From the NCBI RefSeq assembly GCF_009914755.1, contig NC_060927.1: DNA of 64,000 nt; one strand, given 5' to 3'. A model generated the notes under the pieces. It saw only the letters and a program-made list of their open reading frames with translations. It was not told the DNA's origin and ran no database searches. Position 1 is the stretch's first letter; each line of letters opens with the position of its first letter. This document shows, one piece after another, positions 42,825-60,246 of this stretch. The stretch is from the human T2T-CHM13v2.0 reference genome, Homo sapiens. The position numbers and the translations under genes are program-made.

Positions 42825-43035
42825 GGCTGAGCATGGTGGCTCACGCCTGTAATCCCAGCATTTGAGTAGTCTGAGGTGGGAGGATCACTTGAGCCCAGGA
42901 GTTCGAGATCAGCTGGGCAATGTGATGAAACCCTATCTCTACAAAAAATACAAAATACTAATTGCCCCACTGCACTTCAGCCTGGGTGACAGAGTGAGAT
43001 CTGTCTCAATCAATCAATCAATCAATAAGAATAAA
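42825..43035 (+). mobile_element. AluJ-like with internal deletion of most of the right arm; (AATC)n tail
   Basis: Left arm and A-rich linker jump directly to 'ccactgcacttcagcctgggtgacagag'. Confidence 0.9.
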
Positions 43036-46000
43036 GTGATTTTGAAGAAATATAAAGTGAAATTGAGTTTAGCACAAAATACGTTAAATTTGAAATGCCC
43101 GCAGGACTGTGCAGAGGTGATGTCTAGTATATTGTGATAAACTTGACAGCAGGCCATAAACTCAAATTTACCTTTCAGTGTCCTCAGAAGCAGTCAATCC
43201 CTTTCATAATAACATGATCATAAACATATGCTTGTTCAAATGTTTTAATATGAAGAATTCAGGTGGTTAAGCACTGATGCTTCCTTTGTATCTATGAATA
43301 TGTATGTTTGTGTATGTGTATGTATATACACCTACACACATTCTGTAAGAGAAAGAGTACATTTTCTAATCCTTAGTTCAGATTCAATCATTGAAGAGGC
43401 TATGTATTTGCATAATGAGATGTAAAAATAACCAACTTATAATTATAATAATTTAAATAGAAGACTGGCACAAGAGATTCTTTCAGAAATGATTTCTCCA
43501 AATAGTTATCTTACTTGGATGAATTTCTGGGGGAAAATACTTGAAAAAATTAACTTCACCTTCATTTCTCTATTGAGCTAAAATGAACATATTCAACCAA
43601 AAATAATAGTTCAGGTGTAAACTTTTATGTAGCATTTAAGCTTAGAAAGTGTATCTATTTTCCTCATTATGCAGTTATTTTTTTCATGTGGACTGTGGTA
43701 CCTGATATAAAAGTCCCATATTTAGGTTGACGTCCTCAAACTATTTTGATGGCTTATATCTCCATCAAAATAATTGAAGACTTCAACACTAAGTTGCAAC
43801 TCCACAAACAATATAGAATTAACTACAGAACATGTGCATTCATATACACACTAGCTGATCTGGGATATCTTCTTTGGTCTAAGGCAAAAGATCAAGGGAT
43901 GCCTTTAAATAATGTTGTGTAGAGCTTCTTTAAGCCTTACTGTCTTTCCACCATTTGAAGGGAAACATCCTGCTGGCATCATTTTCTTTCACCATCTCTC
44001 TCTCTCTTCTCTCAAACCTGAAAGCAGCAGTATTCTGCAGAAAGCAGATTCGAACAGAATGGGACTTTCAATGGTAACTCTTAAATAAAAAGAAAGTTTT
44101 TTTAATCAGTGTGCAATGTTCATTCATTTGAAAGTATATATTAAGTCCCTACCAAATGTCAAATTTTTTAGATTACAATATATAGAGCAGTGATGAAAAC
44201 AGATATTATTTCTGCTGTTAAGCCGCTAAAACATTAGTGGGGAATGTAAGCACTAATCAAGGAAAAAAAAGTCATCCTAGCACAAATCATCATGCTTTAT
44301 TTTTTCCCTTTGTCAATGTCTAACCTTCTCAGGGTTAACTTCTGATATCAAGGAAGTGGCCTTTCATTTCTGGGAAATCGTGGGTCTGGGAGAAGACATA
44401 CTTCCATAAATTCTTGTTGCTGCAGCTATTTTGGAAATGCATTATTTGTTTTAAAGTGATTTGTTTGGAATAAAGTGGTTAAAAGATAATACAAATCAAA
44501 AGAATCAGTGTATAAAAATATTTGCAATTATTTTATGCTGTAAGTGTGTTGTTTAATTTTTATAGGGAATTGTGTTAACTTTGTGCACTATAATCTATTT
44601 TATAAATTTTAATATTTTTACGAATTTTCTGTACTTCAACATGAGTTATCATTTATTTTCATTATGTCTGTATTTATTTACTAATATTTAATACATTTTA
44701 AATATTTTTATCTGACAAAAAGAATATTTTCTGAATTCAACTCTGCAGAAATATAACTGGTGGAAAATTTGTAATTTATAAAAATGTGAATGTAGCCAAT
44801 CTATTTTTTAAATAAGCAAATCCCTCTTAGGATTAATATAAATAATCTTCCCCAAGCCAAAAATAAAAAAAAAAAATTCTTCTGCAAAGGATTTAAAAAT
44901 TTATACAGTTTCGTGTTTACAAAAAACTGAATAAAAAACGTTACAAATTCTAATAGAAACAAAAAAATGCTGGCATTTGTTCTTCAGGTCACCCACTTGA
45001 ACCTCTTCCAAGTGCACTTTCCTTTCTTTCCTGCCCTAAAACATTGTAATTAACTTCCATTCCGGCTGTGATTAAAACAATGCCAAAATACTGAAACGAT
45101 CATTTAAACATTGAAAAATTACCAATGGACCTGCCAATAGACAACTGTTTGATTTATTGCAAAAAATAAAAATAAAATCTAAGTATATTGAACCTCTTCC
45201 TCCCATAAGCCATTCTCATCTTCGGCTTGCTGTCAAAATATGCTGAGTATATAATTGTTGCTTTTACTAGTATCCCTTACTTAATCAACTCATAGGGCAA
45301 CAACTTACAGGAAAGTAATATATTTTTCTTAAAGTCTTAATATTATTTAGTCCCATTTTGTCTATAACAAATTCCTCAAATTCTATAACATATGTGAGAT
45401 TGTAATCTTTCATATTCCTAATTTAGATTTTTTTTTCCATATTTGTGTTTTCTGTTAGCTCTCACCTTAGCTTTAGTTGGTAGTGATTGGGGATGGGATT
45501 GGCAAGGGATCGGAAGAAAGTCTGTGCTCACACAGCTCTTCTTTCCTCGAATTCTTGTTTATATTCTCATTGGAGAGTATTATATCAAACTGAAGAGCCA
45601 ACTATATGCAAAAGGCAAATCAGAGAGATTTTGAGAAAGTCAGTTCAAATTTGATTCTTTAGCTGTCATGTTTTCTAGAAAGCTTTTCCTAAAGTTTACT
45701 GCTGGGGTAAGTATCCTTTATCAGTTTGCACTCAATACTGTTTGTATCTATGTATCTGTTGCATAAACATATATGTGTACATGCATCTAAATACATAGAA
45801 CACACATACTACCTTGCATTATAATTATCCCTCCTTAAACTATGAGCACTTTTGAGGTACAGATTGTACTTAACAATAATAAAATCATCAAGACCTAAAA
45901 TAATACTTGAACATAGGGTAATTTTCATGTATATTAGTTGAACTAAGTTGAATTTCATTTATACAAATATGGTAATTTCAAGTATCCCCTATCAGTATCA

Positions 46001-47189
46001 CTTATTCATAAAGCATCTAAATTTATTTCCCATTTATGTAGGAGTCCATGTTTTTTCTGCTTGTTTTAATGTGATTATAGTCAACAAGAGGAAACATTAA
46101 GTATGAAGTATAACTTGTATTTGCCACAATGTGTTCATAAGGGGAACCAGTATACTATTCTTTAGCATCAGCGTTCAGTTTTGTTATGATTAACTATGTT
46201 TGCCTACCATTGATTACATATGATAATTTTCTATATTTGACACTTGTTTTATAATTATAATTTAATTATATTAACTGTCATTAATAGCCTTTATAGAATA
46301 ATCTCTGACTTCAAAGATTAGTTTGAATGTTATTTTAGAAATACTCCATGTTGATGACTAATGTGTACTAGTTGATACGTAAAACTAATTACATAATTAT
46401 ATTTCTAAATCTTGAAGTCATGCTAAAATTATAATGGCACTAGCTAGAAATGGCTAATTGGGTTATTTTCACATATTATTGAATAATAAGATGAAAGGAA
46501 AGTTTTCATTTGGTTTAGTGTATTGTAATCAAGCTTAAATTTAATGACACCATCAAAATAAAGTTGAATTTTTTCATTTTCTAATTTAATACAAAAACCC
46601 ACCTTAAAATATCTGTGAAAGAAGCTATGACATTTGTGATAAGAACGTTCACTATCTACTAGAATATGGGTACAAGCAGACTGTAAACATCTGCTAAATT
46701 GTCTGAAACATTAATGCAGAGGGCATAGATAACTTGGATTCAAATTGGAATAAAGTATAATGTATAAAGATAAGGTCCATCCAAATGACATAAATGATTA
46801 AAAAGGACCTTTCTTGTTGCTTAGAGAACTTTGGTGGTAAATAAGTAAGTAAATTTTGATTGCTATAATCAACGTCTTTCCCTTCGCTGATATGTTTTCT
46901 CCTATTTGTAATAACAGATATATTTACAAAAGCCACCTCAAATATTCCTTGACCAGTCACTGTTTAAAAGGGCTTCTGGTAGTGATTGGGTAATAAAGAA
47001 CTTAGAATCTCTATGAAAATCCAAGCACACATAAAAATATAAATGGCAATAAGTACTTAAGAGTGATAGGAATAATGGCTTAGTCAGATTAACAACAACG
47101 TTAGACAACTTTGTTGAGGCCATAACAATCTCTTGCTATGATATGTATAGACTTTATTACACAAATTAAATAATAAAAATAATATTGTA

Positions 47190-47400
47190 CACCATTATTT
47201 AGTACCATGACACTGTATAGTACTATGCTAAACACTACTCCATGAGGTGGCTCCTATTATTTTAATTTTACTACTATGAAAATCAAGTAACTTGTATATG
47301 AGATACATGGCTGATAAGTTTTAGAGTTGAATTTGAAATTAAGATTCTCAATTTTAATTCACTGACTCTAAATTTTAAGGTCTTTCACTTGTACCATGCT
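47190..47400 (-). mobile_element. MIR fragment
   Basis: 'ccatgaggtggctcctattatt', 'aagtaacttg', 'gaatttgaa'. Confidence 0.45.
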
Positions 47401-47617
47401 GACTCCCAATATCACCTTAAACTCAATTTGTCTTATTCAAACAATGTAGTTTCGTTTGGGAAATAATAATACAAGCTTTCAGGAATAAAAGCTTGTGACA
47501 AAAGAGAAAAAAAAATGAGAGTTTAGGGTGAAGATCTCAAGTTTCCAGGCATACTGTCACAGCTACTGCTTAGATGACCTATTTTTCACTGAATACCAGT
47601 CAGCTTTGGACAGAATG

Positions 47618-48120
47618 GAATCAGCTTAGAATTGTATTTGGCCTGTAACAAAAAGGCCAGAAATAACTGTGGATTAAATATGATAGAGGTTTACTTATTT
47701 CTTTCATACAGAAAAAAATAGAAATATGCATCCCATAGATATTTTGATTGTTATGTAATGACATCAGTCAAGGATGTAGATTGCTTCTGTTTTTTACATT
47801 TTACCATTCTTTGTGTGGGTCTTTCATCTTTAGGATCACCTCCAGCTCCAAAATGGCTGATAGAACTCCAGTCATCATATCTGTGTTTCAGAAAAGAAGC
47901 AGGAATTGCGGAGCAGGTGTAAGCCAGATCTCTGCTCGCTTCGAAATGAGCTTTCTTCAAATCCTACGTATCAACTTTCACTTGTTTTTGATTAGCCACC
48001 TCTGGTTGCATGGGAGATTAAAAAATGTAGTTATTTAGCTACGCAAATTTCTAACTAGAGTGGAATCTGGGTTTTGTTACTAAGGAAGAAGTGAGAGATA
48101 ATGTACTAGATAGCTATCTG
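47618..48120 (-). mobile_element. MLT1J/K/L-like (MaLR) LTR
   Basis: 'caaaatggctgatagaactccagtcatcatatctgtgtttcag', 'gttactaaggaagaag'. Confidence 0.7.
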
Positions 48121-48746
48121 GGCCAAGCCAATGAACATATTCCAGACATGCATTACACATGCAATTTCAGAATCTTGGCTCTCTTATTAAGGTTAATTGA
48201 GACTTTATGAAATCTCCATTGGGAGGGTCTCTAACTGAGTGATCTAGGAATTTACGCAGTCGAATCAGGTGAAAAATTCAGTTAAACTCTTATGATGTGC
48301 TCTACGTCACAAAGCTGCCTATCTACTTACATTTTCTTCTCAATCCATCAAAAGAAATTAACTTCATCCACAAGGTAAGATCAAACTATATTATGTATGC
48401 AATTTAATATTCTAAACTTTCCATCCATCTAGATGCCATGTTTATGATAAATTATCAAAATCATGCTTATATTTTCAAGGTCCACTTTTTATTTCCATAA
48501 TTTACATTTATAAATATGTATTACATAATAGTAACATGTCCTCGTGATGTTCAGATATCATGCCCACAGGAAACATTTCAAATGACACAATTTCTAATAT
48601 GGAGAAAAATTCTGACAAGTTTACAGTCACTTCTGTTTATTTTTTTTCTTTTATCTAAATGAAATGAAATCCTTAGTAAGAAAAAAATATGTTACAGAGA
48701 AGTAGTATAGGACTGTAGAAAAACCATGGACTTTGAACTTAAATAA

Positions 48747-49012
<266 letters not shown>

Positions 49013-49185
49013 AAACTTAAATAAATTTCAGTGTAAATCCCTTCTCAAACTATTATTTACTTTCTATGTGAGTTTGCAGAAATTGTGTAAACTCCGTCAG
49101 TGTCATTTTTTACTGTAATCTTTAATTGCAAAATTGTGATCTCATTGTGTAAATATAAACTTGTTACATAAAAAGAGATATCTTT

Positions 49186-51728
<2,543 letters not shown>

Positions 51729-52171
51729 TAAAAAGAGATATCTTTAATTGTAAAATTGTGATAAAAATGACACCTATTTCTCAATTTATATTAAAAAGTT
51801 TAAACTGTATGTAAAACATTAGGTCAGGATGCAAAATTATAATGGGATTTTAATAGTTATTTTATGATGGTAAATTATATAATATGTGTTGCAAAGTAAT
51901 GTTACTTGTGCAGTAATCATACTAATTTTTAGATATATTTATAATAACCTTTGCCCACAAATTAACCTTTGATTTTATTCTTCCATGAAATACACAAAAA
52001 CAACTTGTTTCATTTCTTTAGGATAAAAAGTAAATGATGTTTATTCCATAGGAAGGTAATAATATTAACATTTTGACTAAAGCCCAGTGATGACCACCAT
52101 GAAACTAGTATGTCTGCAGGATAATGACATACAGTGGACGATGGCATAAATTTTCCATTTAAAGTTATTGA

Positions 52172-52461
<290 letters not shown>

Positions 52462-55400
52462 AAAGGTATTGAAATTGTTTCTTTGAAGCAGCTTTGACAA
52501 GTTTTCAAATTCTGAGTTGCGAATAAACAAACACCCAACTAATATTTTACCTCCTATTTCCCTAATGGCCTCAATCCATATTAATCTAAATCCTCACCCT
52601 TGACCTGAACACAGGCCTTGCTTGGGGTCCATTTGCTTGTGTATACATAAAGCATTATTTTGCCCCCAACAAGTCTATAAATTCCTTGAATTTGGCCTAA
52701 TGCAGACTTACAGTCTTTCAAAACAACAAGAAAAAATTGTCTTGCATTTAGAATGTATTTACTGAAAGTAAATTTGGACAATAATAAATATTCATAACTG
52801 GAAAGATCAAGAAATGTCATCAGTGATCAAATAGACTCTTTTCTATAGGTCACTTCAGTGACATATATGAGGACCGACATATATGACCCTTTATGTTGGC
52901 CACACAAGACTCTGGCTCCCAGATAAATCTGTTCCACTGTTTAATTATGTGGGTGATTCTGGTGTATAGCTATGTCTGAGGACCTCCTTAGTATGATACA
53001 TATAAGAAATATCTGCTAATTTACTCGAATCATTAGCCTACCAACATGGAAATCTTTCTCTGTTACAGTGCAACCCAAATTCCAGAAATTGGGTACCTGC
53101 TTTCTCAAGCCACCAGTTAAGACATTCAGAGCATGAGTAGCAAATGTGTGGATTTGCCTGATTGAGCACATTCTACAGTTTGGAGTCAGAACACTTAGTC
53201 TTTCTAACTAATTCTTGTTATCCTGAGAGGACTGGGAATGCTGGACATAGCACAGCACCTATAAACTGAATTTGTTCTCAGGCTAGTCCTTCAAGTAGCA
53301 GGAAAGGAACAGGCTGTTAAAAATAACAAATGAAAACAGCAAACAAGCAACGAAGAACTGTGTTGCTCCCTTTTGGAACATGGCAACTCCTGCTTTAGAA
53401 CCTGTTGAGAATTCTGTAACCTAAGGGGGGAAATACATTATCTGTTTTATTATAAACTACAGTTTCGTGTTTTGCCTCCCAAATTCTTATTTGAATATCT
53501 GGAAACTTGTGGAACAGCTGCTATACTCACCATAAAATGTAGAACAACTGAACAAAGCAAGTGATCATACCCATAGCAGAATGGCGCAGTATAATGGATA
53601 TGCCCAACATGACCAGTTCAGTGAACTATTTGGGAAGAGCTTCAATACCTTATGCATGAGTGTAGGTACCCTTACGAGTTGAGTACCCTAAAGTCATCAT
53701 TTGAGAGCCTCCCAGAAAAATATACAGAGAACAGAAAATACAAGGCATTCAGAATCATGAGGTTAAACCAATGGGGATTATGAGCCAGTGAAATTTGTTT
53801 ACATATGCCATGGTAACTAACTCATTTATATTTAGGCTTCTATTCAAAGTCTAGAAACCTAGTGTCTGTCATATGTACTATACAGGAACTCATTTGTCAG
53901 TGAGCAGGAGTTGCGTCAAGATAAGCCCTGGTTACTTTGTAATCCAGAAGAGCAAATAAAGTAAGTTTTCTCTAAAAAGAAGAAGGGCTATGTTGATGTG
54001 TTATATTACACATCACAAGGCTAAACTAATGAATCTAGAGTGTGAGTCAGGCAGCACACAAAAAGAACAGGTGGCCAAATACAAAGTGGTCACTTGAGAA
54101 GCTAAAATGATTGGAAATCAAACTGGAATTTATAAATGCATGGGTCCTTCCTTGTAGATAAGAGAAACTACACTCTGAGTAGAAAGGAAGAGGTTGAGAG
54201 GCAGCCAGTGTAGTCAACAAACAGAAAAATGAAGTAATAAGTTATGAGGCAGCAGATATATGAACAGATATGACCATGTTTTATTCCTTTTTTCTGGCCA
54301 CAAGTAGAAACAAATAATGGAAGGTTTGGCTGGGTTTCATAAACAGTGTTTGAGCATGAACCTTGTCTTGAATCTACCTGTAATTTTAGTTCTTTTAAGT
54401 TGAGGATACTACATGGCTGTTGCCAGTCCCTCAGGAGGCTAGAATTATAGGACCTGGGCTCCAGTGACATTTATCCTAATAATTAACTGCAACAGATTTT
54501 TTAATGGCAACCATTTCCCAACCGTCCAACATTTCCTTCTTCCAGATTCTACTTTAATTTTTTACCTGTCTGATGACATTCTCACATAACCCTTGCTAAA
54601 ATTCTCTGAAGATATCAAAGTCTTGTCTGAATTTCATGCTTTAGACTATGTCCTACCTGCTTACTTGACAAATATTAAGATACTGGATCTGCCTTCAAGT
54701 ACCTGTTGCCCTATAGCATCTAGGTTCTATATCAGACTTTTTACTGCCTGTTATGATGATGTAGACCTTCCAGAGCAAGTGTGATTTAAAATGAACTTCA
54801 CATTTTAGTTTAAAGAACTGGAAAACAAAAAATACACTAAAATGTAAGTTTGCAAAACAATAAAAGTCTTGAGACTTGGATTGCCACCTCAAGGTAACCA
54901 TTTGCTTTAATGAAGTGGTAGGGAATCTGCCATCAGGCCATGTTTCTGTGTATACAACAGTGATTGAACAGCCATGAACTCAGCCACACGGCAGTGTCTT
55001 TCCTCCAATCTTTGTCTGGAGTTGAATGATGATCTAGGACTTTTCACCTCTTGGAGAGTTTCTTCAGGATGTGGCCTCTCTCTATATTGCATACTACTGC
55101 GTTATTGAATTCGCTTCTAAGCCAGTCCTTTTCTTTCTTATTTGAATTTGTCAGTGACGTTGCCTCTTTAAATAGGAGCTGGAGTTCAATTTGAAAGTTA
55201 TTAATCTCCTTTAAACATGCTTGTTTTGGGTTTACAGTCACTCCTACTCAGATAGAGGGAATATGTTTTTAGCTAGTATTTTTTTCATAACCACCACTTC
55301 CTCTTCGGTGTGTCAAAATAAAGTATTGACTGTTTTCTATAAAAATCTTCATCTGAAAGCCCATTAAGTCAGCAACCAGGAACATATGAGCTGGTTCAGC

Positions 55401-57219
55401 CAGCATCTCCCAGCAGGAATTATGTGGGATCACCATGGATCTGGTCCTCACTTTTTTCAGGTTGAGAAAAATATTTATAACATTTTTGTAGATTTTTTCA
55501 GATTCTGGAAGATGAACTCATAGTAATATAATAGACCAAAATGACATATTATTAGGTTACCTTGCTTAAGAAGTGGGTCTACAAAGAGTTGTTCACTCTG
55601 CCATTCAGGAGACTAAAAAACAAATCTGAAGGTAGTGATATGAGCATACAATAGAACAAGGACAGCTGGATGTGCCCAAAGTATTTCATCAAATTATGGG
55701 GTATGGATAACTCATACAAATTTATGTTAAAAGTATTCATGATGAATAACTGCAATTGGTATTTTAGGTCAAGCCATTATAATTATCCTGTGAGCGACAT
55801 CAGAAATTTCATTTTCCATCTTTTTTAGTTGCTCATTCTAGATTCCATTAAACTGAATCAAAAATGCCATCAACAGCACAATTATTAATTCATGCATTTA
55901 AATATGAATATGATAGAGTTTTAGGGTCACACCCATCTCCCCTTAGTTAGATAGAGGAGATATTTAGATGCCGAGATATTTAGATCCCAATATATTTAGA
56001 AACCTCCCCTTTGGATATGTAATTGTTGTCCATTATACTTTCAGTAGGTTAGATGTGTCTGAAATTATTCCCAATTCCTGAAGGTAAAAATTATAATCCC
56101 TATTGCACAGATAACATATTTCACTCTCTAAAAAAGAAAAAAATGCTATGCAATGACCACTTTCAAGGTAATTCATTCTTTTCTCATATATCTAGTTTTT
56201 ATTTCCAAAGTAGCTTGCCTTGAAGATTAAAATGTATTGGCCTCTATTCTTAAAAGGCAAATGTAGTGCTCTGGCAGATTTAGAAATGTCCTTGCCTCTG
56301 TGGCTTATTGTCACTTGGTAAATTCTTGAAGCTGATTATTCTAATTCCAGCCCCGAGTCATCCTTTCAAAAGTATGTAATATATGTAGTCCCATGCTTTA
56401 TTATGGAAAAAAACTAGAATAATTTATTTAAAATTCTCAGACCACAAAATATTAGACTAATAAGCACCTCTATAAATAATAACCTGAACCTGACTTACAG
56501 AAGGATGCATTATTTCACATAATAGCACTCTGCAAAGTGCTGTGTACTCATAAGGGTTCCAACTGTATTTCAGAGACTTAAAAGCTATCTTAATAAAGCA
56601 AATTTTGAAAAATATATCTGTTTTTTCAATCCATGGGTAATTATTTAGATATACTTTAAGCATATACATTTCTTCTAGTTAATCTATTTTCATTGAGATT
56701 AAAAGGTTGGTAGTTTATAAGTATATGATTTAGATTTGCCAGGTACACTTATATTTTATCATAAAGTAAAGAAGTTTGGTACCTTGCTGCAATTAATTTT
56801 ATGAGAGTTGTAGAAAGATGAAGTATAAGTATTAAACACAAATTAAATCTGAGCACTTTCTGCAATCTTTTTTATTCTTACACAGTTTTGATGATTGACC
56901 TTATTAAAACATTAACCACCTGGGGAACAGTATCATGTCTATGTTCTGACAAACAAAAACAGAACCCTTACTTTATTAGCCCACCTGTCCTTAAGCACAC
57001 AATTAATTTCCATTTACTGAAAACAATCTAAACTAATTTGCATGAGCTTTTTCCAAGGTGTCTTTTACATTTTTCTGCATTCATTTTGTAATCCTGGTTA
57101 TATTTCTAAATCAGAGGGAGAAACAGTGTTCACTTATATAATTGATTATTTAGGCATTAATATGTAGTACTTGTCAAGAGCTGAATGATCTAGTATTTTA
57201 CCCTATATTTAAGCTGAAT

Positions 57220-57640
57220 TACCTGTCACAGTTTCATGGATGTTGGTAGAAAACATGACATTCCTGGGTCTGAGACAAAGGACTTTTTATACAGAACAAC
57301 AAAATAGTGTATGCTCCCTGTTGCTTTAGCTTCCTTTGCCTCTAAGTCTGAGAAGGGAATATGGAATAACCCAGATGGACATTGCATACACAGTCATTTG
57401 CATCATAGCTGATACAAACTTAAGCTTAAGCTACTGGAATGTTTCATAAAGCGTCTGCCCAAGCTTTTCCCTAGAGGGACACGTTATCTTTGTTATACTG
57501 TACAGTAAACACATCTGCATTTTTCTCAAGAAGGAGACACTGTCTCTATCTCCCAAAGCTATTCCCTATACAAAAATCCTTGAAAAGTAGTCTGGAGCAA
57601 AAGATACACAGAAAAATCCATAGAGAATTGTCTCCCAACA
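57220..57640 (-). mobile_element. LTR40-like ERVL LTR
   Basis: Ends 'agagaattgtctcccaaca' (reverse complement TGTTGGGAGACAATTCTC); 'gggtctgagacaaaggact'. Confidence 0.7.
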
Positions 57641-57719
57641 ATATAGAGATATATTTTTAGGGTGCCTAGTAGGCAAAATAATATTGACTAAGACAGTTTT
57701 ATTATTTTAGATATAATAT

Positions 57720-58150
57720 TGAGAGGCTTATTGTACAAATGGACAATGGCCAGGTCATATATGAAAACAGAACCCTTTTTGATACACGACCTTTGCAGCA
57801 ACCAGAACCGGAAATTGAAATATCGTCTCTGCATAAATCAGCCCAAAACAGTTAGCATTTGTTCAATGCCTGCCAGCTTGCCTATTTTGTATCCTGGCTT
57901 CTAAGGATCAACTAGAGAAAGCCAAATATTTTCCCCAAACCAATCACATAGAATGTCCCGGTTTAAGTTAGCCTGCTCCCAGCTTCTTGTCAACAACCTC
58001 TAATCAGGCTTTAACTGAAGACTTTCTTTCTATTTACCATGAAGCTTTCCCATTACACTGACTGCCTTGAGTCTCTGTCAAATGCAAGTGATAGGGCTGT
58101 CTCCCTTGTTACAGCAGGCTCTAGAGAACCTCTATTTATTTTCATTACAG
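57720..58150 (+). mobile_element. ERV1 LTR, MER89/MER110-like
   Basis: 'atatatgaaaacagaac', 'gcagcaaccag', 'aaccaatcacatag', 'gagtctctgtcaaatgcaagtga'. Confidence 0.6.
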
Positions 58151-59149
58151 AAAGTGTTCATAATATACATACTTAATGAATATAAAAATTATAACTGAAT
58201 CCAACAATAGCTTAACTTCTATAATAGAGACCAGATTAAGACATCATGGCTATGTGTATGTATGTGTATGCATGTATTTAAAAATCTTTTTTCTAGAAAT
58301 AAAAAAAAACTAAACAGTAGAATCTTTGTGGACTTGTATATAGTTTTGATGTACTACGGATACTCAACATTAAAGAAAAAGCAAAAAAATCTCAGTCTTC
58401 TTATAGATTCAGTCACTGGATATTTACAAAATGACATGTAGCTACAGACACTCACTATGAATAGCTTTTTAAAAAGCCCTATACCATATCCATATAAATA
58501 TTTAAAATCCATTAAAAGTTGTATTGCTTTTATAACCCTACTGGCCATGAAATGGTTTAGATAAGATAACCTTTTACACTGTTGTTCTTTAGTGCAAAGG
58601 GAGAAGCAATTTTGCAAGCAGCAGCTGGCCTTATCAACATTGGTGACATTTTGCAGCAAACTGAAAGCTAAGAGGTAGAAAGATTTTAAAATATATTCTT
58701 GCTCTAAAGACCAAAGAAATGTAATACAGAATGTGCTGTTCTTTATAATTTTGGCTGTGCTTCATAGATACTAGGTTTTAAAGCAATTTTATTTTAGTAG
58801 ATGAGTGAGAATATTTTAGAGGTAGAGTAGTGAAGCCCTCAACTTGCTCTTACAGAATTGAACATCAAGGGAGAAATGAAGAGGTACATGTTTGGGTTTA
58901 GCACCCATTTTGTAGTGCCCTAACTATTAAATGAAATTGCATGGAGATTTCATAATCAACACTATCATCTCTGTGAAGCACAAATACAAAGGTTCTGCTT
59001 TCTATACTTTCCTATACTGAAAAAAAATCTCCATGGCAAATAACATTATTGAAATAATTGTGCTAATTATGGACTCAGAATAATAGATGTTCCAGCTACA
59101 GATTAATTAAAAGTAGAATAATGGAGAAGATTAGAATGATTCCTGCTCA

Positions 59150-60080
59150 TGCATCAGAAAATCTCATGAATGTATAGGGACCTTAGAAACAAGATTATTT
59201 CAAGACCCATATCTATAGCATTTCTGATATGTAATTGTCAGCCTCAAACTTCCTTTTCAAAAAGCTTATTCAAGGTAAAGCAGCCCATTTCATGTTCGAA
59301 AGGTTTAAATATTAGGAATACCTGCCTAATAATGAGGTAAAATAGGTTATCCTATAATATCCACCCCTGTTTTTAACCTCCATGTAAAGATGGCCACCCT
59401 TTCAAAATATTAAAAAACTATCTGACAGGCCTTTTCCATATTATCTTTAGGTTCCAGAATAAGCATGCCTAATTAACTTGACCAATCTCTATGATACCCT
59501 CTTGCCAATCTCTGAGCATTCAAATTATCTTCTTTTGGATGCCATTTATTTGTAGACATTCTTCAAAAGGACAGTGTTGCTCCAGGAATTCTCCAGAGTG
59601 AACTAATTAATTCATAACTTAATGGGACCACTAACACTCTTGATATGAACATTCCGCTCAGGTTGTATATATTAGCATTTTAAGCTATAAAGGAGTACTA
59701 CTCCAGATTTGTATTAAGCGAATTTGTTCCATATTTATGCAATTAGCCTTTTAAATCTGCATTTTGAAATTACGCCTTTTCAGATTGTGTATCATTTCAT
59801 TTTTTTCTGAATGCTGACTCCATGGTCATTGTCTCTTGTCATTTAGTAGATGGATTATCCCTCCTACTTTTTGTGTCAAGCAGTCACCAAATGACTTTAT
59901 TTTCTTTGTCTTCCATAATTTATTTGATAAGAATGTAGAAGATAGTAGAATGATGAGTATTGCACCGTTTGGCAACTACCTGAGCAGCTCTAAATGTTTC
60001 CCTACTCAGTGCACTCAACTCACATAGGCTGAGGGAACAGAAGCCTGTGGTTGGAACCGCATGGTTCAAGCATGGAATGG
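59150..60080 (-). mobile_element. Probable ancient L3/CR1 LINE fragment
   Basis: Degenerate CR1-like tracts 'gcagcccatttcatgttcgaaagg' and 'ttgataagaatgtagaa'. Confidence 0.45.
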
Positions 60081-60246
60081 TAAAGATGATTTTCAAAAAA
60101 GGGGATAAATACCTTTCCTAGAAGATTGGTGAGTTTGTTTATTCATGCTTCTGTTAAAAGGATATCACAGAATGAGTGGCTTATAAACAACAGAAATGTA
60201 TATCTCACCCTTCTGAAGGCAGGCAAGTCCTAGATCACGGTGCTAG

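Noticed and set aside
45663-45712. Isolated + strand AG...GTAAGT exon-like segment (similar one at ~53886-53966)
   Set aside because: No recognisable peptide or consistent exon chain; such sites are expected by chance in 64 kb
52990-53720. Possible ancient LTR or ERVL-internal remnant
   Set aside because: Resemblance too weak to assign a family by eye
55958-56005. Three ~16-bp tandem units (gagatatttagat..)
   Set aside because: Ordinary slippage-type micro-duplication, like the 12-bp tandem at ~22808-22831 inside L1
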